Below are positions 10,290 through 18,642 of a stretch of 64,000 nucleotides of DNA, one piece after another. The number at the start of each line of letters is the position of its first letter. Within the stretch, counting starts at the first letter, position 1. The position numbers and the translations under genes were made by a program. This DNA comes from Candidatus Saccharimonadota bacterium (lineage in GTDB: Bacteria > Patescibacteriota > Saccharimonadia > Saccharimonadales > Saccharimonadaceae): positions 202,903 through 266,902 of the forward strand of contig JAFWHO010000001.1 in the NCBI GenBank assembly GCA_017515105.1, written 5' to 3'. The notes beneath the pieces are model-generated. The model was not told where the DNA came from. It ran no database searches and was given only the letters and a program-made list of their open reading frames with translations.

Positions 10290-10616
10290 CTACCCTAAAT
10301 CCAACCCCAAAATCTCCGCCGCCCGAGCCAATACCTCTTTTTCCTCTTCCGTGCATTCTTCCATCTTCACCTTGAACAAATCCACCGTCTCCGTATGGCG
10401 ATAGTCTAGAATCTCAAGTGACCTCGCTGCTCCCGGCACCTTTCGAAGCGCCCCCTTTGCTACCAAATTATCAATATGTTCAGCAACTGCCGAAACGGAA
10501 GTTAACCCGAGCCCAGCCATAATCTCTCTATAAGATGGCGAGAAACCATTTTCCTCTGTAAAATCCTCCAAATAATTCAATACCGCTAATTGTTTTTTTG
10601 TTAGTTTCACGCTCAT
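10290..10616 (-). CDS. LexA-type winged-helix DNA-binding domain protein (no S24 peptidase domain)
   Basis: MSVKLTKKQLAVLNYLEDFTEENGFSPSYREIMAGLGLTSVSAVAEHIDNLVAKGALRK matches the LexA N-terminal domain. Start chosen at ATG 10616-10614; the longer 294-aa ORF is antisense to the LCP gene. Confidence 0.7.
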   Translation of the reverse strand: MSVKLTKKQLAVLNYLEDFTEENGFSPSYREIMAGLGLTSVSAVAEHIDNLVAKGALRKVPGAARSLEILDYRHTETVDLFKVKMEECTEEEKEVLARAAEILGLDLG

Positions 10617-10635
10617 TATGCTATAATTATACATA

Positions 10636-12366
10636 ATGGATACGAATAAATCAATTGATGGGCTGGCCCCGCGTCGCTCTAAAAATGCCGCGGCCCCAGT
10701 CAAAAAAACAACCACTAGAACCCCTGCTAGCATTAAGCCAGCAGTTAAAAAAGTTACAAGAACCACTGCAAAAACAGCAGTTAAAGTTACGAGAACCAAC
10801 AAAAACTCAACCCCAATCTCCCCAGCGTCAAAACCAGTTAAACCAGCAACCGCCACGGTAAGAACCGCTAAAGCCCCTACCCCTTCCCAGGCTGATATTA
10901 CCGAAGACTTCCTTAAACCAACCCAGGTTTTCAATTTTGACGAACAAAGCGGCGAACTCACCGCTTCATCGGTGCCTGTAGATACAAGCTTCAAAAAGCG
11001 AAAAAAATCCAAGAAAGACAAGAAACCAATGACCAAAAAGAAAAAAATCATCCTCACCGTTGTTTCGGTTCTAGCCGTCCTTCTGATCGGTGGAGTTATC
11101 GCCTTTATCCTCTGGGGTAATGACATTATCGCTAAAATTACTGGCGGCCAAGGCAACGTCTTTGATCTCTTCACCTTTGTTGAACCAACTTATGAACGTC
11201 TCAAAACCGATGAAAACGGTCGCACCAACATTCTAGCCTTCGGCACCAGCGGCTACGATATGGCTGGCGACGAGGGTAACGGCACCCATGATGGCGCCCA
11301 GCTTACCGACTCAATAATGGCTATCAGTATCAACCAAGACACTGGCGACATCGCAATGCTTTCCCTTCCCCGCGACCTTAAAGCTTCCCCTACTTGTACC
11401 GCTACCGGCAAGATCAACGAAGTCTATTGGTGTAATGGTGGTGGCGGAAATGTCTCCACCGAAGAAGAAGCAGCCGCTGCACAGGCTCTAATGGATGAAG
11501 TTGGCGGTATTCTCGGTATGGATTTTCAATACTTTGCACACTTAAACTGGGGGTCACTCGTTCAAATCGTTGATACATTAGGCGGCATCAATGTCACCCT
11601 TGATGAAGATATTCTAGATTATGGTTGGACTGGTGCAGTCTTTGAAGCTGGTGTCCAGTATACTATCGACGGCGAACAAGCCCTCGGTCTCGCCCGTGCC
11701 CGCCACGGTACATCTGGCGGTGACTTCTCCCGCGGTGCCTCTCAACAAAAAATCCTCGTTGGTATCAAGGATAAAATCTCCGAGCAAGGTCTCTCTATCA
11801 CTGATATGATGAGTCTCGCTTCAACTTTAGGCGACAATCTCCGTACTAATTTCTCACTCGAAGAAATCAAGTCCCTTGCTCACCTCAGCTCCGAATACGA
11901 CCTCAATAATATGCGCCAAATCTCCCTCATCGAACCGGAGCGCTACATGACTACCGGCACCATTAATGGTATTTCCTACGTCCTCCCATCTAGTGGCGTT
12001 GGTAACTATACAGGGATTCAAAACTTCGTCGCCAAAATGTTATCTAACGATCCACGCGTCTACGAAGATCCTACCATCCTAGTATTAAATGGTACTGAAG
12101 AAGTCGGTATTGCTTCCAACGAAAAAGCCACACTCGAAGAGGATGGCTACAATAGAATCGACGTTGCAGACGCCCCAACCAGTGACTACACCGACAAGTA
12201 TACCCTCTACGTTCTAGACGACACCACCAAAGGCACCAAGAAGATGCTAGAAGAAAAGTATTCAGTCACAGCCAAGTCCTACGACGAACTAGCAGAAGGC
12301 ATTTCACGCGATTATAACTTCGTCCTCATCCTCGGCAACGAAAGCTCCGATAATAATAAAGAATAG
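10636..12366 (+). CDS. LytR-CpsA-Psr (LCP) family cell-envelope transferase
   Basis: Low-complexity K/T/A-rich N-terminus, then a TM segment, then NILAFGTSG...DSIMAISINQDTGDIAMLSLPRDL and ALGLARARHGTSGGDFSRGASQQKIL (LCP core). C-terminal LytR_C-like domain. Confidence 0.85.
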   Translation: MDTNKSIDGLAPRRSKNAAAPVKKTTTRTPASIKPAVKKVTRTTAKTAVKVTRTNKNSTPISPASKPVKPATATVRTAKAPTPSQADITEDFLKPTQVFNFDEQSGELTASSVPVDTSFKKRKKSKKDKKPMTKKKKIILTVVSVLAVLLIGGVIAFILWGNDIIAKITGGQGNVFDLFTFVEPTYERLKTDENGRTNILAFGTSGYDMAGDEGNGTHDGAQLTDSIMAISINQDTGDIAMLSLPRDLKASPTCTATGKINEVYWCNGGGGNVSTEEEAAAAQALMDEVGGILGMDFQYFAHLNWGSLVQIVDTLGGINVTLDEDILDYGWTGAVFEAGVQYTIDGEQALGLARARHGTSGGDFSRGASQQKILVGIKDKISEQGLSITDMMSLASTLGDNLRTNFSLEEIKSLAHLSSEYDLNNMRQISLIEPERYMTTGTINGISYVLPSSGVGNYTGIQNFVAKMLSNDPRVYEDPTILVLNGTEEVGIASNEKATLEEDGYNRIDVADAPTSDYTDKYTLYVLDDTTKGTKKMLEEKYSVTAKSYDELAEGISRDYNFVLILGNESSDNNKE

Positions 12367-12452
12367 TATTAGAATAGGTATATAAAACAGCATAATAAGA
12401 TTTGGGTCAAGTAGATTAGTGATAGTATTTTGAGGCATTTTGGGATTGCCCG

Positions 12453-12531
12453 ATAAAAATTAAAGTAGCTACGGACGAGGAGTCGGTACTGAAATACCGA
12501 GACGAGTCCGCCTAGCTACTTTAATTTTTAT
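12453..12531. repeat. 79-bp palindromic element between convergent genes (also a likely bidirectional terminator)
   Basis: Perfect 19-bp arms ATAAAAATTAAAGTAGCTA (12453-12471) and TAGCTACTTTAATTTTTAT (12513-12531) flank a GC-rich, imperfectly palindromic core. Confidence 0.7.
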
Positions 12532-12576
12532 ACGGCGCAATTGCAAGCCAAAAAATAATATTACTAATCTACAAAA

Positions 12577-13032
12577 TTATACTTTGCTAATTATCAACTT
12601 CCGCTCTCGCCCAACCCCTTCCGAGTGCGTTTCAATATCCGAATAATCCCCCGCCACTTTGTGTACTACTCTTCTATCTGCTGCATTGAGATTAATCTCC
12701 ATCGGTTCCCCACTCTTCCTAACCTTCGCAATCCACCCCTCAGCCTTCTCGGCAATTCTATCAGCTCTCTGTTTCTTGTAATTAGCTACGTCAACATTTA
12801 CTCTTGTAACCTCAGCTTCCTTAGAAACCAAAGCCATCGATACAATGTGTTGTAAAGCTCTCAAATTGTCCGCATTACGCCCAATTAGAAGCGAGTTCAG
12901 CGAAGTAGATGGTACTACGAGCTGTATCACATCGTCATCAATTGTTGAATTCACTGCCACATTGATACCGAAAAAACTGAGCAAGTCTTCCAGATATTTC
13001 GCCGCAAAACGAATTGATTCATCTTTATTCAT
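12577..13032 (-). CDS. jag: Jag/KhpB-type KH plus R3H RNA-binding protein
   Basis: Position downstream of yidC. R3H-like LNAADRRVVHKVAGDYSDIETHSEGVGRERKLII. Confidence 0.8.
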   Translation of the reverse strand: MNKDESIRFAAKYLEDLLSFFGINVAVNSTIDDDVIQLVVPSTSLNSLLIGRNADNLRALQHIVSMALVSKEAEVTRVNVDVANYKKQRADRIAEKAEGWIAKVRKSGEPMEINLNAADRRVVHKVAGDYSDIETHSEGVGRERKLIISKV

Positions 13033-13036
13033 ATTG

Positions 13037-14146
13037 TTATCTCCTTTTCTTTTTAGTGTCCTTAGCGGAGATACGTGTTATTTTTGTTCCTGTTTTTTTG
13101 TTTTCGACCACTTCGGCCTCTTTTATATTTCTAAGTTCTTTTAAGACTGCTTTATCAGTCATATTATCAATCTCCTGGTTCACTTTCCTAAGAACTACTC
13201 TTTGAATAATCACAGTCATGATATTGCTGAGGAAGTAATAGAACGCTAATGCACCATTAAGGTTAAACATGATTACAAACATCATAATTGGCATCATTGC
13301 TGACATCTGCCCTGTTGCAAAGCTAGATACCTCAGATTCATCAACTTCTTTCCCATTCTTGGCGTCACGAATTAGATCACGGAATTTCTTCTTCTTTTCA
13401 GACTTACCAGAAGGCATCTGCTGCTTCGTCGCAATATATTGCACTATTGATGCCGATATTGCACAGATTAAGATAAACAGGGCGCTCCAGGAGAACTTAC
13501 CCATCAGTACATCGCTTGCTTTTACATCCAAATTAATCACACCGAATAGTCTCGGCTCAAATTCGTACGGGGCCTTTTCTTCCGCCGGAATATCTTGGTT
13601 TACCAAATCGTCAAGATAAACTTTCTGCTTCTCCTCGAGAGTCCTAATCTCACTCCCCTCATAAGCCACGATATCGTAAGCACGGTTCATAAGATTATCT
13701 TGCGGCATAGGTGTTGCGATCACCCGAATTGCCGAGAAAATTGCGATAAAGATAGGAAGCTGAATAATAAGAGTTATGATTGAAGCAAATGGCTTAACGT
13801 TATACCTCTTATAAAGATCCATTGTCTGCAAAGATTCAAGCTGTTTATTACCCTTACAATTCTTCTTAATCTGAGTTAACTCTGGCTGAAGCTTTCTCAT
13901 CAACTTCGTCTGATTTAGTTGCCTCTTAGTGAGAGGCCACATACAAAGCTTCACGAGTACCGTAAATATAATAATAGCAAGACCAAAATCATGCACCAAA
14001 TTAAAGATTACAAACAAGATGTTTACAATCGGGCGCACCACGATCATATCTATAAAATTAAATGGACTACCGGTCGCAATAGAACCCGCTACAAGAATAG
14101 CGAAAATCCCAAGGTATACGTATTTTTTTACACTCTTTTTATCCAT
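13037..14146 (-). CDS. yidC: membrane protein insertase YidC
   Basis: Multi-TM protein with the WPLTKRQ...MRKLQPEL motif, a basic C-terminal tail, and the conserved rnpA-yidC-jag order. Confidence 0.85.
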   Translation of the reverse strand: MDKKSVKKYVYLGIFAILVAGSIATGSPFNFIDMIVVRPIVNILFVIFNLVHDFGLAIIIFTVLVKLCMWPLTKRQLNQTKLMRKLQPELTQIKKNCKGNKQLESLQTMDLYKRYNVKPFASIITLIIQLPIFIAIFSAIRVIATPMPQDNLMNRAYDIVAYEGSEIRTLEEKQKVYLDDLVNQDIPAEEKAPYEFEPRLFGVINLDVKASDVLMGKFSWSALFILICAISASIVQYIATKQQMPSGKSEKKKKFRDLIRDAKNGKEVDESEVSSFATGQMSAMMPIMMFVIMFNLNGALAFYYFLSNIMTVIIQRVVLRKVNQEIDNMTDKAVLKELRNIKEAEVVENKKTGTKITRISAKDTKKKRR

Positions 14147-14516
14147 TCTTCTTATTATAACACACCTTACTCTCTTCTACCAGCTTACCTAAAATCTCTT
14201 CCACCCCACTAAACGGCATTCTCATAATTTCTTTAGAATAAACCACAAATATATAATCAGTTTTTCCTGGCACCAATTCCCAGTTCTTCCTTAATGCCTC
14301 ATATATTCTGCGCCTAATCCGGTTCCTCCCCACCGCAGACTTCTCAACTTTCTTAGATACCACTACAGCCACTCTAGTAAACCCCTTAGAATTCGGCATA
14401 AAAACAAGAGACATCTGTTGATCTCTTATTGTTTTTCCGTGCTGGTACACATATCTCACTCCTCCCCTCGAATGAAATCTGAACTTTTTATTTAACATAT
14501 ATATATTATATACCAA
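14139..14516 (-). CDS. rnpA: ribonuclease P protein component
   Basis: RVAVVVSKKVEKSAVGRNRIRRRIYEALR is the RnpA RNR motif. Lies downstream of rpmH. The exact start is uncertain (alternative MLNKK). Confidence 0.8.
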   Translation of the reverse strand: MVYNIYMLNKKFRFHSRGGVRYVYQHGKTIRDQQMSLVFMPNSKGFTRVAVVVSKKVEKSAVGRNRIRRRIYEALRKNWELVPGKTDYIFVVYSKEIMRMPFSGVEEILGKLVEESKVCYNKKNG

Positions 14517-14539
14517 ATAAGCCCCAGTCGGGGCTTATT
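14515..14539 (-). terminator. hairpin between rpmH and rnpA (possible attenuator)
   Basis: AAATAAGCCCC-AGTC-GGGGCTTATT stem-loop. Confidence 0.4.
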
Positions 14540-14546
14540 CATCAAC

Positions 14547-14684
14547 TTAAGCAGCGAGTCTCGCACGGCCTTTTAAGCGTCTCCTGGCAAGCACTTTCTT
14601 ACCATTCTTGCTAGCATTTCTCTTCATGAAACCATGTTCAGCTTTGCGCTGCCTCTTGTGCGGCTGGTATGTTCTTTTTGGCAT
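14547..14684 (-). CDS. rpmH: 50S ribosomal protein L34
   Basis: Manual translation gives [45 protein letters not shown] (45 aa). Too short to appear in the ORF track. Confidence 0.9.
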   Translation of the reverse strand: MPKRTYQPHKRQRKAEHGFMKRNASKNGKKVLARRRLKGRARLAA

Positions 14685-14738
14685 ATATTATTCCTTAAAC
14701 TTTAATTTTTTTCAAATTCTTTATATAGTATACCGCAT

Positions 14739-14868
14739 TTTTCCACAATTTTCAAGCAGTTTTCCACATACTATTTAGGGATATTGAGCTTATTGTGGAA
14801 AATTCCTTATCTGTTAATCAAAACCTATACTATAACATATTTTTAAAATCCCAATTTCCTGTGGAAAA
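14739..14868. promoter_or_regulatory. DnaA-box cluster upstream of dnaA
   Basis: TTTTCCACA at 14739-14747 and 14760-14768. Inverted TGTGGAAAA at 14794-14802 and 14860-14868. TATAAT at 14885-14890. Confidence 0.6.
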
Positions 14869-14920
14869 CTCGCCCCTTCCATGCTATAATAGGAATCACA
14901 AAAAAGGAGGTCCATCTAAA

Positions 14921-16279
14921 ATGTACGACGTTTGGAAAAACGCACTTGCTGAAATCGAACAACAAATTTCTTCTGCTAATTACTCTACATGGTTCCAAGA
15001 TACTTCCCTTACTTCTGCAACTAACGGCCAAATCGTCATCAACGTCAAAAACACCTTCTACGTCAAACAACTCCGTAACCGTTATTATGATATTATCAAA
15101 ACCGCTCTCGAACATAATGATGTAAAGGTAGATAGTATCACCTTTGAAGTAAAAACCACCAATAAAACCAAGGTCCGCCCTCGCGAGATCACTGCCACCA
15201 ACGCTATTAAAGATCATATCCGCACTATCCGCCAATCTACTATCAAACCACCCTCCACCGAGAATGGTCTAAACCCCAAATACACCCTAGAGACATTTAT
15301 TATTGGTTCCAATAACGACCTTGCTGTCTCAGCCGCCAAGAGTATTATTGAGGCTCCTGGCACTCGTTACAATCCATTCTTCCTTTATGGTGGACCGGGT
15401 CTTGGTAAAACCCACCTCGTCCAAGCAATTGGAAATGAACTTATTAAACGAGACCCCTCCCTTAAAGTTTTCTATACCCCAATTTCCCACTTCTATTCAG
15501 ATTTTATCGAAGCCATCCAAAACGGCAAAGGTAAAGAGTTCAACCGTAAATTTCAAAAACTAGACTGTCTTATTATAGATGACTTCCAATTCATCGTAAA
15601 CAAAGAGAAATCCCAAGAAGAATTCTTTAATATCTTCAACGACCTATATCAACTCAATAAACAAATCATCGTCACCTCAGATCGTCTCCCAAGCCAAATC
15701 AAAACCGTAGATGAACGCCTTGCGACCAGGCTCACTATGGGTGGCGCCTTTGATATCCAACTCCCTAAATTCGAAGATAAGTGCGCAATCCTCCGTGCTA
15801 AAGCCGAACAGATCGGCGCCGAAATCGAACAAGAAGCAATCGAATATATCGCCGAAAACGTCACCACTAACATTCGTGACCTTGAAGGTGAATTGTCCAC
15901 CATCCTCTTAATGTCCGAAGTCCGTGGCCTCACTCCACTAGAACTTATTAATAACGGTTCTATCAGTGTTAATAAAACCACCAAACTTCGCCCCACCTCA
16001 CCCAAGCAAGTTGTCGAAAAAGTAGCTAAATACTACGGCTTATCCGTAAGCGAACTTAAGAGCAAGTCTCGCGTCTCTAATATTATGGTAGCCCGCCAAG
16101 TCGCTATGCTTTTATTATCTAAAGAACTAGGCCTCAGTACCACCAAAATCGCCACCGAAGTTGGTGTTAAAGATCACACCACCGTAATGCATGGCATCAA
16201 GAAGATTAATAATAGCCTTAAACTCAATTTCATCCTTCGCGACCAAATCGAAGAAATCAAGGAAAAAATCTATGGCTAG
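14921..16279 (+). CDS. dnaA: chromosomal replication initiator DnaA
   Basis: Start set at ATG 14921 behind AGGAGG. YNPFFLYGGPGLGKTHL (Walker A), LIIDDFQF, and C-terminal VARQVAMLLLSKELGLSTTKIATEVGVKDHTTVMH (DnaA box-binding HTH). Confidence 0.9.
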   Translation: MYDVWKNALAEIEQQISSANYSTWFQDTSLTSATNGQIVINVKNTFYVKQLRNRYYDIIKTALEHNDVKVDSITFEVKTTNKTKVRPREITATNAIKDHIRTIRQSTIKPPSTENGLNPKYTLETFIIGSNNDLAVSAAKSIIEAPGTRYNPFFLYGGPGLGKTHLVQAIGNELIKRDPSLKVFYTPISHFYSDFIEAIQNGKGKEFNRKFQKLDCLIIDDFQFIVNKEKSQEEFFNIFNDLYQLNKQIIVTSDRLPSQIKTVDERLATRLTMGGAFDIQLPKFEDKCAILRAKAEQIGAEIEQEAIEYIAENVTTNIRDLEGELSTILLMSEVRGLTPLELINNGSISVNKTTKLRPTSPKQVVEKVAKYYGLSVSELKSKSRVSNIMVARQVAMLLLSKELGLSTTKIATEVGVKDHTTVMHGIKKINNSLKLNFILRDQIEEIKEKIYG

Positions 16280-16527
16280 TGTGGAAAACCAGTGTATAAA
16301 TATATGGAATTCTCCGTGTAAAAGAAAAGTAAATCTTTGTGCAAAACACCCAATCCTTAAAATCATGTGTAAACTTCACACTTTTTCACAACACTTTTCC
16401 CACCTTTCCCACCGGCTTTTACACCTCATCTTCACCCCAGTAACTCAACTATTTTTTCCACTATTCCACATACCCTACTATAACTACAACTATATAAATA
16501 TTATTAGTAAATAATAGAAAGGATTAT
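16280..16527. promoter_or_regulatory. candidate oriC (DnaA boxes plus AT-rich unwinding region) between dnaA and dnaN
   Basis: TGTGGAAAA 16280-16288, TTTTTCACA 16382-16390, TTTTCCACT 16454-16462, TATTCCACA 16462-16470. These are followed by an AT-rich tract at about 16478-16524. Confidence 0.55.
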
Positions 16528-17628
16528 ATGAAAATCACAGTCACACAAGAAAAATTAAACAAAGCCTTAAATAATGTTAGTCGCATAGCTATTAGTAAAT
16601 CCACCCTACCCATCCTCAGTAACGTCCTTATTAGAGTAGATAAAAAGAAAGTATCCCTAATCACTACTAACTTAGATATGGCTGTTAAAGATTTTCTTCC
16701 TGTTTCTAAATCTGATGACGGTGTAATTACTATCCCAGCCAAACTCCTTTCTGAATTTATTTCAAACCTACCAAAAGGTGAAAATATTGATATTACTACT
16801 AAGGATGATAAAGTAACAATTAAATCCGGAAAATATTCCTCAACTATTAATGGTGTTCCAGCCGACGAATTTCCTGACCTACCAGAAGTAGATGAAAAAA
16901 GTGCGGTTATCTATAAAATAGGAGTAGATGAGTTTAAGGCCAGCCTCGGTCAGGTCATCGTGGCGTGCTCTAATGACTTAACTCGCCCTGCTCTTACTGG
17001 TGTTTATTTTAACACTAATAATAATTCCTTGAGGGTTGCAGCCACTGACGGTTATCGCCTCGCCGAAAAAGAGCTGATTAAGAAAGTGGAAAGTGAAGTT
17101 AAAGCCATCGTTCCCTCAAGTTCTATCCAAGAAGTACTCCACTCTATTAATGATGATACGGAAGAAGTAGAAATCTCTTTCAACGATGATTTAGTTCGCT
17201 TCAGACTAGGTGAAGTGGAGATTATCTCCAAACTAATCGACGCCAGTTTCCCAGATTATCAAAAACTCATCCCTAAAAACAGTGATGCGGAAGTCACCCT
17301 AAAGAGGGAGGAATTAATCCGTGTTACCAAACTAGCCGCACTCTTTGCTCGCTCGGTTGGTGGCTCGATCATTTGTGAAGCTATCCCTGAAGACACCTTC
17401 TCGGTTAAATCTATTGCAAACGAATATGGTGAAAACGATTCCAGGATTGAAACCTCAGTCGATAAACCAGGCCGAGTCAACCTTAACTCCCGTTTCCTCT
17501 TAGATGCTTTGAATGCTTTGGAAGAACCAGAAGTAATCTTCAAATTCTCCGACCGTGTCGCTCCAATCGTCCTTACTAACAAAAAGAACAAAGGTTATAC
17601 CCATATTATTATGCCACTAAACTCATAA
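16528..17628 (+). CDS. dnaN: DNA polymerase III beta sliding clamp
   Basis: Position after dnaA, 366 aa. LPILSNVLI and LTRPALTGVYF...LRVAATDGYRLA are typical clamp motifs. Confidence 0.9.
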   Translation: MKITVTQEKLNKALNNVSRIAISKSTLPILSNVLIRVDKKKVSLITTNLDMAVKDFLPVSKSDDGVITIPAKLLSEFISNLPKGENIDITTKDDKVTIKSGKYSSTINGVPADEFPDLPEVDEKSAVIYKIGVDEFKASLGQVIVACSNDLTRPALTGVYFNTNNNSLRVAATDGYRLAEKELIKKVESEVKAIVPSSSIQEVLHSINDDTEEVEISFNDDLVRFRLGEVEIISKLIDASFPDYQKLIPKNSDAEVTLKREELIRVTKLAALFARSVGGSIICEAIPEDTFSVKSIANEYGENDSRIETSVDKPGRVNLNSRFLLDALNALEEPEVIFKFSDRVAPIVLTNKKNKGYTHIIMPLNS

Positions 17629-17643
17629 TCAAAGAGTAAAACG

Positions 17644-18642
17644 ATGATTATTAAATCAATCCACCTAGTAAATTTTCGAAATCATCAAGAGTATCACCTA
17701 GATTGTGATAAAGAAACCTCATTAATTCTAGGTGAAAATGGGTGTGGTAAAACCTCGGTTCTAGAAGCAATCTATATTTTAACTAGGGGTAAAAGTTTCC
17801 GTGCCACTGACCCAGATATTATAAAAAGGGGCGCAGAGTTTTATCGTATAGAGTTAAATTTTGTAAACGGTGAACAGGTTGCTGCCACTTATGATGGTAA
17901 AACCAAAAATTTCACAGTAGTAGATAAAAAAACCAAACGTCTCCCCTTGAAAAACAAATACCCAGTAATTCTCTTCCTCCCCTCAGATTTAAATCTCATC
18001 AGTCATTCTCCGGGTCGCCGCCGCGAATATTTTGACCGCATTTTTACCCAGTTTAATAACAAATATTCAAGCAGCCTTAGTAAATACGAGAAAGCCTTAA
18101 AACAACGAAATGAATTACTAAAAAAAGAGATCCTCAATAAAGATTTCCTCTTTTCGTGGAACCTATTATTGTCTCAGTATGGCATAGAAATCCATAAACT
18201 AAGAAAAGGATATATAGATGAGTTTAATCAAAAACTTACCCCCATCTACCAATCTATCGCCAAAAATAAAGATGATATCTTAATAGAGTATAAATCAGAG
18301 GCTGACTCATTAACCACTGACACTTATTTAAGAAAACTCGAAGAAGATTACCAGAAAGACCACTACTTAGGCCACACTTCATTTGGTATCCATCATGACG
18401 ACTATTTATTTTACTTTAACAACAAATTAGCCAACGGTTCCGCTTCTCGTGGTGAAACCCGCTCCATTATCTTAGCTCTCAAATTCACTGAAGCCACCCT
18501 CCTAAATGATAAATTAAACCAAAAACCACTCATTCTCCTAGATGATGTCTTCTCGGAATTAGATGAAACCCGCCGCCGTAGTCTAATAGATAACTTTAAA
18601 AACCACCAAGTTATCATTACTAGCGTAGAATCAATAGATTAA
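17644..18642 (+). CDS. recF: DNA replication/repair protein RecF
   Basis: LILGENGCGKTSVLEAIY (Walker A), ASRGETRS (signature-like), PLILLDDVFSELD (Walker B). Lies in dnaA-dnaN-recF synteny. Confidence 0.85.
   Translation: MIIKSIHLVNFRNHQEYHLDCDKETSLILGENGCGKTSVLEAIYILTRGKSFRATDPDIIKRGAEFYRIELNFVNGEQVAATYDGKTKNFTVVDKKTKRLPLKNKYPVILFLPSDLNLISHSPGRRREYFDRIFTQFNNKYSSSLSKYEKALKQRNELLKKEILNKDFLFSWNLLLSQYGIEIHKLRKGYIDEFNQKLTPIYQSIAKNKDDILIEYKSEADSLTTDTYLRKLEEDYQKDHYLGHTSFGIHHDDYLFYFNNKLANGSASRGETRSIILALKFTEATLLNDKLNQKPLILLDDVFSELDETRRRSLIDNFKNHQVIITSVESID

Noticed and set aside
10617-11174. N-terminal 186-aa extension of the minus-strand ORF 10290..11174.
   Set aside because: It is antisense to the low-complexity N-terminus of the LCP gene and has hydrophobic junk composition. 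The LexA-like domain starts cleanly at ATG 10616.
14515-14539. Near-identical hairpin stems (AATAAGCCCC...GGGGCTTATT) here and at 27205-27232, considered as a dispersed repeat family.
   Set aside because: Only about 10 bp of stem is shared and the loops differ. Both sit where terminators are expected, so convergent terminator design is the simpler explanation.
14795-14920. Upstream extension of the dnaA ORF (the 494-aa version).
   Set aside because: The extension overlaps the DnaA boxes and the TATAAT. ATG 14921 has an AGGAGG RBS and gives a normal DnaA N-terminus.
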